A stretch of DNA of 64,000 nt. Origin: Gammaproteobacteria bacterium. Its GTDB lineage: Bacteria > Pseudomonadota > Gammaproteobacteria > JBCCGL01. Position 1 is the first letter of the stretch, and every line of letters starts with the position of its first letter. Positions 30,701 to 38,946 of this stretch are shown in pieces. Below the pieces are notes generated by a model. It did not search any database and had not been told where the DNA came from. It saw only the letters and a program-made list of their open reading frames with translations. A program made the translations under genes and the position numbers. The stretch lies in the NCBI GenBank assembly GCA_965277715.1, contig OZ255836.1:1024001-1088000 (forward strand), in the 5' to 3' direction.

Positions 30701-31685
30701 CTATTTCAATTCACTGCGGGAACTCGGGGGCATGAGACGCCTTGCCGAGGATGACGTCCAGACCCGTGCCTACAGGGTGCAGATGAGCGATGTCAGCCGA
30801 CCGGGGCTGGAGCAGCGGTCGGTCAGGAACGTGGACGAGTTGACCTCCCGTGTGTCGAGCAAGGATATCCCTAAAAAACTGGATCAGCTGGAAGTGAAGT
30901 TCAACGCCACTCTGGAAAACGGTAAATACGTCACCAAGTGGGAAAAAGGTGAAACCCGTGCCATCGATATTGTTCTGGCCACCAACATGCTTTCGGTGGG
31001 TGTGGACGTGAATCGTCTGGGAATCATGGCCGTGAACGGTCAGCCGAAAAATACGGCGGAATACATTCAGGCAACGAGCCGTGTCGGGCGTCAGTTCCCG
31101 GGACTCGTTTGCACAGTGTTGACATGGTCCAGACCGCGTGACCTCTCGCACTACGAAACGTTCGAGCATTATCATGCCACCTTCTACAAGCACGTCGAGG
31201 CTCAATCGGTCACACCTTTCGCTCCGAGAGCGCTCGACCGTGGATTGACGGGTACGCTGGTCAGCCTAATGCGGCTGGGGCACGCCCCGTTAAACCCGAA
31301 CCTCGGGGCCATGGCACTCGACAACGTGGCTTCTCCCGAATTGAAAAGCGCCAAGGGGAGCCTCACCAACAGAGCCTGGAAAGCGACCAGCAAGAAGGTC
31401 ATCAAGGACAACGCCGAAGTGATGATTTCCGATCGCTCGGATCGTTGGGTGAAGGAAGCCGGGAAAGCCGGAAGGCGTTTGGGCTATGAAACCGAAAGAC
31501 GGCAAGGTGACGTGGCGGCACTGTTGAAAAAACCGGGCGTGGCCGCGTGGGACGAATTCACCGTGCCCATGTCGATGCGTGAAGTGGAACCAGGTGTGAA
31601 ACTGATTATGGATATTGCGACTCTGCCGGAGCCTCCGGCTTGGCGAATGAGAAGGACGGATGATAATGACGGAGGTGAAGCATGA
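27777..31685 (+). CDS. drmA: DISARM helicase DrmA with an extra N-terminal domain
   Basis: DLLGPADG, WRPFQLAF, FPTGGGKTEAY, RYTLRLLTLQQFQR, QDEFHL, QATSRVGR, SMREVE. Confidence 0.92.
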   Translation: MTDNDNVNPEQTPPVTSGRYNNAWLVRFGEAARLDGYVLTIDLGSSSLRGIQTEDAMLVTEKRDGQYTVIGVGRVFRKRYSLEDTSFYFDGYLPATPNATLDELTIPVPENKAPINRLDWALFEKALKTTTGVSWAVFPVVSGDSSSEQAYVRELMQAAMIDDLLGPADGPVEEIIGMSVRDRYLVGKLAPQNAVITEEDELPGAGAEDEQEGTREVDASTNQSLVPSSLGFTFCVDSTVDKVELIANWGRYERTESERINEANDKPLRCWKRIPSGGSVIIPMNKRKIEPLVIDNQCPEVLVQGSISPPLDNGDRLVTLFFINNQSMPEQNQDQAWVFQPELIVRDPEKRSIFRRRPVLDSDGGDAEREALEMIYRKQVEFAVGHGVSVHATTAENDTEHAVEIRTAILPEYEVPVTETPGLAEEDRPGMKRMIAEGFLDMENLAQLDKEALVAGLKILTEDYALWITEQRERIGKDVLGYDGAASAAMDRCAQILYRLEEGIGSLETNEHALEAFRFANRAMALQRIRSIYALSKRRGDDPDIDDLNVRKNRSWRPFQLAFMLLSLPALADPEHKDRTEPLEAYADLLWFPTGGGKTEAYLGVAAFTMAIRRLQGDLGGLDGTCGLAVIMRYTLRLLTLQQFQRATTLICALESMRREDPKKWGKTPFTIGLWVGNRVTPGSTEEAHTAIQSFRNGKRHGSNSPAQLTTCPWCGAEIAEGRDIEVKKDIGRTFIYCGDKFGRCDFGRSKSKDMGIPVLVVDEEIYRQPPTMLIATVDKFAMMAWRGQVRTLFGRATQECGRHGLLWPNADCTGNHNAKGSLPKVTVKDITPIRPPDLIIQDEFHLISGPLGTMVGLYETAVDELSTWQVGGKSIRPKVIASTATVRKAVEQVNNVFLRQVAVFPPHGLDVEDNFFSVQRPIEERPGRRYMGICSPGSSRPAVLIRVYVAMLTAAQSLFERFGQVADPYMTVVGYFNSLRELGGMRRLAEDDVQTRAYRVQMSDVSRPGLEQRSVRNVDELTSRVSSKDIPKKLDQLEVKFNATLENGKYVTKWEKGETRAIDIVLATNMLSVGVDVNRLGIMAVNGQPKNTAEYIQATSRVGRQFPGLVCTVLTWSRPRDLSHYETFEHYHATFYKHVEAQSVTPFAPRALDRGLTGTLVSLMRLGHAPLNPNLGAMALDNVASPELKSAKGSLTNRAWKATSKKVIKDNAEVMISDRSDRWVKEAGKAGRRLGYETERRQGDVAALLKKPGVAAWDEFTVPMSMREVEPGVKLIMDIATLPEPPAWRMRRTDDNDGGEA

Positions 31686-33568
31686 GTACTCATCCAGTTG
31701 GTGAAGTGAGGCCAAGCCAGCTGTTGTGGACCTATGGACCGGGTGCGTTGATCGACTTACCCAACCTGTCCGTGATCACTATGGGGTTGGATAGATGGGA
31801 TATCGACCGGTGTCCTCCCGTAGAGGAAGCCCGATTGCTGGCTGCCGTGCGTCGGGTGCTTGGTCCGCAGGTAACTCATCTGCGAATTCCACCATTCTTG
31901 AATGATGAAGGCGCGAGCCCGTTTTCCGCCGAAGGTAAGGTCGGCGTTCCGGTCAGACCGTTTCCACGTTGGCTTCGTTGTGTGAAGTGCGGCCTTCTGG
32001 CTGAATACGACTCCGGGCTGTTCAACATCAAGCCCAATCCGTACAGGCCTGAACTGACCCACTTCGTCCATACGAATTGCATCAAGGGTGCAAATGCCGA
32101 TGCCGTGCCAGCACGTTTTTTGCTGGCTTGCCGTAACGGTCATTTGGACGACTTCCCTTGGCACTGGTTCGTGCATGGCGGTCAGTCCGATTGCAGAGGA
32201 ACGCTCCGTTTCTTCGAGTCAGGGGCTTCGCTGCAGACCGAAAATCTCTGGGTCAAATGCGACGCTTGTGGTGCATCAAAACAGCTGGCGAAAGCCTTTG
32301 GTAAAAGCGGTCAGGAAAACCTCCCGGCTTGCCGGGGCCGCCATCCTCATCTCGACAAATTCGATGCGGATTGCAACGAGCAGCCTCGGGCGGTGCTTTT
32401 GGGTGCCACGAACAGCTGGTTTCCGATCACGCTTTCCGTGTTGGCCATCCCCCTAGAGAAAAACCAACTGTCCCAGTTAATTCTCGATGGATGGGACCAC
32501 TTTTACGAAGCTGAGTCTGTCGAGCAAATCAAGTGGATTGTAAAAACTCTATCCAAGACAAACAGTCTTCCCGGAATCGACAAATATGAGGCGGATGAAA
32601 TCTGGCTTGCGGTACAGGATCGAAAAGATGGAAACGCTGCCGAACTCGTTTCCGAAGGTGACATCAAGGGGCCAGAATGGGATGTATTGATATCCCCGAA
32701 TCCGCCGACGGACTGGCCGCACTTTTTGAGCAGCAAGGTTGCGAGACCGGAAACCTACAAGGATGTTCTGGAGTCGGTTCTCCTGCTCGAGCGCTTGAGA
32801 GAAGTGAACGCTTTGATTGGATATACCCGTGTGGAAGCTCCCGAGGAATCGGCTGACGAAGACGAGCGACCACCAATGGCCGACCTTTGTAAAGGGAGAC
32901 CCATCTGGATTCCTGCCGGTGAGGTCCATGGTGAAGGGATTTTTATCCGTTTCAACGAAAAGACCACTTCCGATTGGGAAAAGCTGGAAGCCGTCAAACG
33001 CAGGGACCAAAAAATCGAACAAGGTCACCGTGGGTGGAGAAACGCCCGTGGCCTCGACTCGGAAGTCGGCTATCCCGGAATCAGATATACCATGCTGCAC
33101 TCATTCGCCCACCTGTTGATCAGGGAGCTGGCACTGGAATGTGGTTACAACGCGGCAAGTATCCGGGAACGGATCTATGTCGGTACTGGTGAGTCACCTA
33201 TGGCTGGTGTTCTCATCTATACCGCCGCTGCAGATTCCGATGGAACGCTCGGTGGTCTGGTCGAACTTGGAAAACCCGAGAACCTCGGCCGTCTGATCGA
33301 ACAGGCGCTGAACAGGTCCATGGTATGTTCATCCGATCCTCTCTGCTCTGAACACAATCCAAGCGAAGACCGGTCACTCCATGCAGCCTCATGTCACGCC
33401 TGTACATTCGTTGCCGAAACATCCTGTGAAAGAGGCAACCGCTATCTGGACAGGGCATTGCTGGTGGAGACGTTCGAATGCAAGGATGCCGCATTTTTCA
33501 AAAAAGTGACCAAGGACTACTATTGCGTCGCTGAGGAACAAGCTCCATACGGATCGGCGGAGAAGTGA
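31682..33568 (+). CDS. drmB: DISARM DUF1998 protein DrmB
   Basis: VGEVRPSQLL..YGPG, GHLDDFPW, HSFAHLLI, GTLGGL, CSSDPLC..ASCHAC..ETSC. Confidence 0.92.
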   Translation: MSTHPVGEVRPSQLLWTYGPGALIDLPNLSVITMGLDRWDIDRCPPVEEARLLAAVRRVLGPQVTHLRIPPFLNDEGASPFSAEGKVGVPVRPFPRWLRCVKCGLLAEYDSGLFNIKPNPYRPELTHFVHTNCIKGANADAVPARFLLACRNGHLDDFPWHWFVHGGQSDCRGTLRFFESGASLQTENLWVKCDACGASKQLAKAFGKSGQENLPACRGRHPHLDKFDADCNEQPRAVLLGATNSWFPITLSVLAIPLEKNQLSQLILDGWDHFYEAESVEQIKWIVKTLSKTNSLPGIDKYEADEIWLAVQDRKDGNAAELVSEGDIKGPEWDVLISPNPPTDWPHFLSSKVARPETYKDVLESVLLLERLREVNALIGYTRVEAPEESADEDERPPMADLCKGRPIWIPAGEVHGEGIFIRFNEKTTSDWEKLEAVKRRDQKIEQGHRGWRNARGLDSEVGYPGIRYTMLHSFAHLLIRELALECGYNAASIRERIYVGTGESPMAGVLIYTAAADSDGTLGGLVELGKPENLGRLIEQALNRSMVCSSDPLCSEHNPSEDRSLHAASCHACTFVAETSCERGNRYLDRALLVETFECKDAAFFKKVTKDYYCVAEEQAPYGSAEK

Positions 33569-34341
33569 TGAATACCGATATCTGGCAAGTCATAGCTGAC
33601 ATCGGGATTGAACTTCATCCCGATCGGGTAAACGCTATAGCGGACAAGATAGCCGGTCTGTCTTCGGTGGACGAGTTTTGCAAGGCGAGTTCGGGATTCG
33701 GCCCGGCTGCCAACAAACCGATGATGAACGCACTGGAAAAGGCATGGAAGAAAGATCCCGGGGTTTCACCTCTAGAACTTGCTGCCGCTTTGCGTGGCGC
33801 ATCCGGAACGGCCTCGATCATGGAAAATCGGGAAGCGGTCGAAATGGTCTGGACAGGTCCCTTCACGGGGCTGGTCGCCTCCAGGCATACGGAACAGGTT
33901 TTACTCGAGGTGATAGGTTCCGCGAGATGGCGGCTCTTCATTATCAGCTTCGTCGCCTACAACATCGACTCGGTCAAGAAGGCACTGCAGGATGCTGTAG
34001 GTAGGAATGTCAAGATTGACATCTTACTGGAGTCGTCGAAGGCCCATGGTGGGAAGATCGATATCGACTTGATAGACGCTTTTAAAAAAGCGATACCTTC
34101 GGCCAACGTCTATGCGTGGAATTCAGAATCGAAATCCTCTGATCGCTGGAACGGAGCCGTCCATGCCAAATGCGCCGTTGCCGACGGCGCCCTCGCTTTC
34201 ATCACCAGCGCCAACCTCACCAGAGCGGCCATGGAAAACAACATGGAACTGGGAGTGCTGGTCCGTGGAGGCAATCTGCCGGAAAAACTCGAAAGGCATC
34301 TGGAAGCCTTGGTGACGACGGGAGTAATAGGGAAAATCTGA
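33565..34341 (+). CDS. drmC: DISARM phospholipase D-like nuclease DrmC
   Basis: VWTGP, HAKCAVAD (HKD motif), TSANLT..N.ELG. Confidence 0.9.
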   Translation: MMNTDIWQVIADIGIELHPDRVNAIADKIAGLSSVDEFCKASSGFGPAANKPMMNALEKAWKKDPGVSPLELAAALRGASGTASIMENREAVEMVWTGPFTGLVASRHTEQVLLEVIGSARWRLFIISFVAYNIDSVKKALQDAVGRNVKIDILLESSKAHGGKIDIDLIDAFKKAIPSANVYAWNSESKSSDRWNGAVHAKCAVADGALAFITSANLTRAAMENNMELGVLVRGGNLPEKLERHLEALVTTGVIGKI

Positions 34342-34769
34342 TGGATACAGTCGACACCAAAACCCGTTCCAAGATCATGAAAAGTGTCCCTCAGAAGGAC
34401 ACAAAGCCCGAAATGCGCCTCAGAAAAGCGCTGCATGGGATGGGGTTTCGGTATCGACTGCACGACAAAAGGTTACCCGGTTCTCCGGATCTGGTTTTTC
34501 CGAAATACAAGGCCGTCATCTTCGTGCATGGCTGTTTCTGGCACCGGCATGGCTGCAAGCAGACCACGACGCCTTCGACGCGTGAGGACTTCTGGAAGGC
34601 CAAATTCGAAGCCAGTGTCGAACGCGACAAAAAGAATGTCAGTGACCTCGAAACGGCTGGTTGGCGCGTGATGACCGTGTGGGAATGCGAACTGAAGAAA
34701 GCGGCTGAGAATGACCTTTTTGAAAAGATACGGGAGCTTTTGCTCTATCGAATGAACGAGACAACCTGA
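34341..34769 (+). CDS. vsr: Very short patch repair endonuclease
   Basis: MDTVD..TRSKIM..DTKPE, LPGSPD, FVHGCFWH, VWECE; the ATG overlaps the drmC stop. Confidence 0.92.
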   Translation: MDTVDTKTRSKIMKSVPQKDTKPEMRLRKALHGMGFRYRLHDKRLPGSPDLVFPKYKAVIFVHGCFWHRHGCKQTTTPSTREDFWKAKFEASVERDKKNVSDLETAGWRVMTVWECELKKAAENDLFEKIRELLLYRMNETT

Positions 34770-34778
34770 AATAAAGGA

Positions 34779-37328
34779 TCAACCATGACTGTAGATCTGT
34801 GAAATATTGTTGAGCTCCGCGCCATCACCCGACTTATCACCCATTTCCTGTTGAATCGCCAGAGACTGTTCCAAGTAGGCCAGCGCTGTTTCGTAATCAC
34901 TTAAGTGAAGATATTGCTTGCCAATCTGCCCCAAGGCAGTTGCTCTAATCTGGCGATTACTGGTTTTTAACAACGGTTGCAACCATTCTTCCAACAGCAC
35001 GGTATAGCGACCTGCACGATTTAGCGGCCCCACTACCCAGCGCAACACCAACTGATGCGCTTGATCATCCTGTTGCGCCACCGTCAATGCTTGATGGGTA
35101 GCCAAGCGGTGCTGCCAACTTCGGTTTAACCCTTCTTCTAATTGCCAACGTAAAAAGTCTGCGGCGGCACATAACCATACCCCCTTCGGTGGTTCTACAG
35201 CGTTTTTCGGCAGCCAGCTAAGCACTAATGGCGAGAGCAGGTATTCGGTTTGCCCACTGTCTGGGTTGTGGTATTGCTCCAGCAGTGAAACAGCCAGTAG
35301 CTTGTTTGTTAGCAGCAAAGCTTTTTGTGGATGGTAATCACTCTCAAATATACGCATCAACACTTTGATGCCTTCTATTGGCACCGGTGTTTGGTAAGCT
35401 TGCAGTGCGTGCAATAACGTCACTTCATCGTCGCTACGCTGCGCGACGACTTGTGCCAATGCCATATTGGTTTGTATTTCTGCCTCCGCTTGTTGCAGGC
35501 GGTTAAGAAAATTGTGCTCCTCGGTTATATCCATGCCTTTGATTGCGCGGGCGAAAAATTCCAATGCGCGAAAGTTACCCCCCAGCGTTTCATAGGCCTG
35601 GCGCATCCGCTTCGGCTCTAAGCACAGTTGCTGGTGACGGGCAAAGGTCAGGTAGTCGCCGTATACCGGACGCCCCAGGGCATAGTGTTGTGCATCCGGC
35701 CAATCCGGCAATCGCCAACGCGAGGTTAACAACAGTTTTAACCCTGGCGATTCAGCGCCTTGGCTAAGGCGGTAAGCGCTGTTGATCCAAAGCATTAGCG
35801 CTTCGTTTTGAAGTCCATGAGGTGATTCAGGCTGCTGTATCGATTCCAGGTTATCAAACAGTAGAACCAGTTTGGACTGGTGCGCACTCACCAGTTTGTT
35901 CAAAAATACTTCAATAGCATCGGCATCGTTAAGCCCGGCGTCTGTGTCTTTTTCTCCTTCCGTCAGTTTTTGCAACGAAGTGGCCATGCTCCCAATGGTT
36001 TGCCGCCAATCGTGCCCCGGGCGCAGTGAAAAAGTAAATAGGGTGTAGCCGTCTTTGCGCAGGGTATCTAACAGCTTGCCCGCCAGTGCAGTTTTACCGG
36101 TGCCGCCTGCACCGCTAATTAAGAGGGCGCGAATATCGCCCCGCCGCAGGCCGTTTTGCCATCGGCGCAATTCTCGACGGCGACCGATAAAGCGTCCCGG
36201 AACCGTAATGCCCCCCAGCATATTGACCAAAGCAGGTCGTTTTCGGGGTTTCGGGGTGAATCGCCAGTCGATTAGCTCTCGTTGATAGGCGTGGCTAAGC
36301 AATTGTGGCAGGCACCATTGACCATAGGAAAACGCTAACCGCTCCGGGCTGAGGCTGTCTTTGTATACACTGTCTTTTAACGGTTGGGTGATCGCCGCTC
36401 GTGCTGTTTGTAATGAGATTGCCACCGATTGTTGATTACCAATGCTCGCCAATAACGCCTTGGCGAATTGAATGCCGATTTTGTCAAAAACCGACTCGCG
36501 CATCCCAATAACGTGGGGAATGCCCGCTTGGTAAAATGCTTGGCTAAGCCCGTTTTCCGGGTAGTCCGGGTGTTGTCGGGCGCTTAAACAAGCCGATAAC
36601 ACCAGTAATTCCACACGCGTATTTTGAAAACAGCGAACCATATCTTCCTCAAAAACCTCCTGGTCCTCACCCCATTCGCCTTCAAACAAGAAACTGCCTT
36701 GGGCGTTTTGCTGGTGTAATTCGTGACGAAATAAACCGTGGCCACTGAGGTAGACGATATGGGGTTGGAAATCTTGCAGGCTTTGACGAAAGTGATCAAG
36801 GCGGCCATCGTCGGGCATTTCCAGCTCGATCAGCCCGGCTTGTTCAGCGGCCATTAATGCTTCTTGTACATCGGCCTGCTCAGCTTCTACATCCAGCCGT
36901 TGGCCCTCCTCTAAACCATCTGGCAGAGATGTAAATAAGAGCACGCGCAAAGGGCCAATCGCGCTATCTGGCAAGCCGATTTCCAGCGCTGGATTGTGCC
37001 GGGATAAGGTAAAGCCAGGCTCTCGCCCAACAAAACCATATTTCGGGTGATACAGGGCTTCCCACGGTAGGGACAACACCGCCGGATCGGCGGACTGAAC
37101 AATAATCGGCAAGGCCTGCTGGCCGCAGCGTTGTTTGGCTTTGCTTAATGCCTCGTCTTGTTGTAGAGCGTTGGCCAGCGCACTACCGATGTGACGCAGC
37201 ACGTCGTCGTCCACCACTTGTCGTTTTTCGTAGGCTTCACTTAAGCGTTTGGCCAGTGTTGTGAGCTCGGGGTGTTGGGCCAACCAATCCGCAGTCGGGG
37301 CAATAATTAAAGGTGCAGGTGCTGGCAT
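34779..37328 (-). CDS. CHAT (caspase-like) protease - STAND NTPase - TPR protein, TPR tail probably truncated
   Basis: LPWE, YLSGHG and VLSAC His/Cys dyad; FIGR, GAGGTGKT, LLFDNLE, LTSR; ends within a second TPR. Confidence 0.85.
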   Translation of the reverse strand: MPAPAPLIIAPTADWLAQHPELTTLAKRLSEAYEKRQVVDDDVLRHIGSALANALQQDEALSKAKQRCGQQALPIIVQSADPAVLSLPWEALYHPKYGFVGREPGFTLSRHNPALEIGLPDSAIGPLRVLLFTSLPDGLEEGQRLDVEAEQADVQEALMAAEQAGLIELEMPDDGRLDHFRQSLQDFQPHIVYLSGHGLFRHELHQQNAQGSFLFEGEWGEDQEVFEEDMVRCFQNTRVELLVLSACLSARQHPDYPENGLSQAFYQAGIPHVIGMRESVFDKIGIQFAKALLASIGNQQSVAISLQTARAAITQPLKDSVYKDSLSPERLAFSYGQWCLPQLLSHAYQRELIDWRFTPKPRKRPALVNMLGGITVPGRFIGRRRELRRWQNGLRRGDIRALLISGAGGTGKTALAGKLLDTLRKDGYTLFTFSLRPGHDWRQTIGSMATSLQKLTEGEKDTDAGLNDADAIEVFLNKLVSAHQSKLVLLFDNLESIQQPESPHGLQNEALMLWINSAYRLSQGAESPGLKLLLTSRWRLPDWPDAQHYALGRPVYGDYLTFARHQQLCLEPKRMRQAYETLGGNFRALEFFARAIKGMDITEEHNFLNRLQQAEAEIQTNMALAQVVAQRSDDEVTLLHALQAYQTPVPIEGIKVLMRIFESDYHPQKALLLTNKLLAVSLLEQYHNPDSGQTEYLLSPLVLSWLPKNAVEPPKGVWLCAAADFLRWQLEEGLNRSWQHRLATHQALTVAQQDDQAHQLVLRWVVGPLNRAGRYTVLLEEWLQPLLKTSNRQIRATALGQIGKQYLHLSDYETALAYLEQSLAIQQEMGDKSGDGAELNNISQIYSHG

Positions 37329-37352
37329 AGTATTCGTCCTTATCGGCGTGGG

Positions 37353-37619
37353 TTATTCTTCGTTGGAACCGCTCAGTGCATCGGGTAGTGTCAGTTCGAT
37401 AGGTGCTGTGTTATCGACACCACCTATTTGCCCTCCTCTGTAGGCAGTCATTTTATTCATCGCATAAACGCTTAGATCCACATTAAACCGACAATCACAA
37501 TACGGGCATCTAACAGAAATGTTGGGATCATCGTCCGCGTCCAATAGGCTGGGATAACGAAATTTAAAATGATCTTTACACTGCTTACAATGTGTGGTTC
37601 GTAGAACGTAATGTTGCAT
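37353..37619 (-). CDS. Small Zn-ribbon protein
   Basis: CKQC...CPYC; AAGGA RBS; 12 nt and 24 nt from its neighbours. Confidence 0.75.
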   Translation of the reverse strand: MQHYVLRTTHCKQCKDHFKFRYPSLLDADDDPNISVRCPYCDCRFNVDLSVYAMNKMTAYRGGQIGGVDNTAPIELTLPDALSGSNEE

Positions 37620-37631
37620 GGATATATTCCT

Positions 37632-38099
37632 TTAAATAAAAATACTCAGCACCGCTAAAACGATGCCGAAGAAACTGCTGATACAAGCCCAAACCAGGTA
37701 TTTAAGCTTAGCGCTGGCGGAATCACTAAAGTAACGCTGAATCGCCAAGAGATCGTCAGGGTCGACTTCTCGCTTTTGCGGTAGCAAACAGGCTAAGGAG
37801 AGGCCAAGCGCGAGTAACCAGAGTACAAAGGAAACGCCGATTGAGGTTACATTGCCAATCGCTTGATCACCGCCACTCAGCAGTTTTAAAACCGCCGCGT
37901 AGACGCCCGGTACGGCGATATTCAGGGTAATCAGTTGTTTAGCCAAATCATCCATTCGGTTGGCTTGCGCAGCCACATCGCTGGCGAAGCATTCCAGTAG
38001 TTTTTCGTCTACTTTACTGAGTGGCATTCCCTCAGCTTGATAAACCGGTGGATCGTTATCCGCAGGGCTATCCTGATTGGCGGGGTTATCCTCGGTCAT
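37632..38099 (-). CDS. 3-TM membrane protein
   Basis: Three hydrophobic helices; AGGA RBS; first gene of the operon. Confidence 0.75.
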   Translation of the reverse strand: MTEDNPANQDSPADNDPPVYQAEGMPLSKVDEKLLECFASDVAAQANRMDDLAKQLITLNIAVPGVYAAVLKLLSGGDQAIGNVTSIGVSFVLWLLALGLSLACLLPQKREVDPDDLLAIQRYFSDSASAKLKYLVWACISSFFGIVLAVLSIFI

Positions 38100-38391
38100 T
38101 ATTCGTGTTCCTAGTGATTAATACCTTTATTAAAAAAGCAATGCCATTATTTGCTGGAACAGCATGTAAGAAATTTGTAAAGCTATCGGTTTGGCTATCT
38201 CGATTGGTTTTGTTGTATAAAACATCACCCTATTATGTTTTTAATTATAGAAAACGCCCATCAATAATCAATAACGGCCTTTTTCACCCCCGTAAAAAAG
38301 GAAGAGACGATCAAACCATGTATCCACTCGCTAAATTGATCGCCGCGCTTTCGCGCCTATTTGGTAGTAGCGATTGCCTTGAATGTGCTAT

Positions 38392-38453
38392 CTACATCGC
38401 CTCAACAGCCAACGCAATGCCCTGCCCACCGCCAATGCACATTGTGGCAATAC
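38392..38453 (-). repeat. Orphan duplicate of the thiolase 3' end, continuing at 40061-40070 beyond the IS
   Basis: CATCGCCTCAACAGCCAACGCAATGCCCTGCCC.CCGCCAATGCACATTGTGGCAAT matches 40827-40883. Confidence 0.9.
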
Positions 38454-38523
38454 CCCTGTGTGTCAACCTCACCTCAAGCCAATATGATTTAAGTTAACAT
38501 CTAAATCAGGGCAGCTATCGAGA

Positions 38524-38946
38524 GTGAGAACAATGCCAAAACCAATGTTAGATAAACCACAACCTGAGTCATGTGAGATCAAGCCTGATCGGACACTTGA
38601 GAAAAAGACTCGCCGCACTTTTACAGCAGCCTATAAGCTAAAGATGATCAATCAAGCTGATGCTTGCCAGCATGGACAGCTTGGCGCTTTGCTACGCCGT
38701 GAGAAGCTTTACTCCAATCAATTGTCTCAGTGGCGAAGAGAACTGGCCGAAGGCGGTTTGTCAGGGCTATCAAAAAGTGCGCCCGGCCCTGCACCGCAAA
38801 TGACGTCTGAGCAGCGCCGGATAGCGCAGCTTGAAAAACAAGTAAACCGTCTGGAAAAACAAATCGTCCTTAAGGATGACTGTCTGGAACTCCAAAAAAA
38901 AGCCTTGGCGATGCTCGACCGATTGAACAGCGGGATCGAGCAGTGA
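38524..38946 (+). CDS. IS3-family transposase OrfA
   Basis: RRTFTAAYKL..GALLRREKLYS..WR HTH. A -1 shift at the A8G run (38894-38902) reads openly into OrfB. Confidence 0.85.
   Translation: MRTMPKPMLDKPQPESCEIKPDRTLEKKTRRTFTAAYKLKMINQADACQHGQLGALLRREKLYSNQLSQWRRELAEGGLSGLSKSAPGPAPQMTSEQRRIAQLEKQVNRLEKQIVLKDDCLELQKKALAMLDRLNSGIEQ

Larger units (their letters stand above)
17493..34778. mobile_element. Integrase-less genomic island remnant downstream of ssrA carrying DISARM
   Basis: Begins at the tmRNA 3' end; codon style differs visibly from the flanks; carries element-type genes (GATase, GGCT, excisionase-like HTH). Boundaries are approximate. Confidence 0.65.

Noticed and set aside
34170-34340. 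Longer ORF-track starts for vsr, and likewise 5066 (flavodoxin), 18374 (GGCT), 48443 (oppC) and 60341 (SBP)
   Set aside because: The extensions overlap upstream genes or lack family similarity; downstream ATGs match family starts or RBS positions
17773-34789. GTCATGG inverted at both apparent junctions of the DISARM block, as possible transposon ends
   Set aside because: Only 7 bp, the left copy is explained by GATase codons (MAW), and there is no transposase or target duplication
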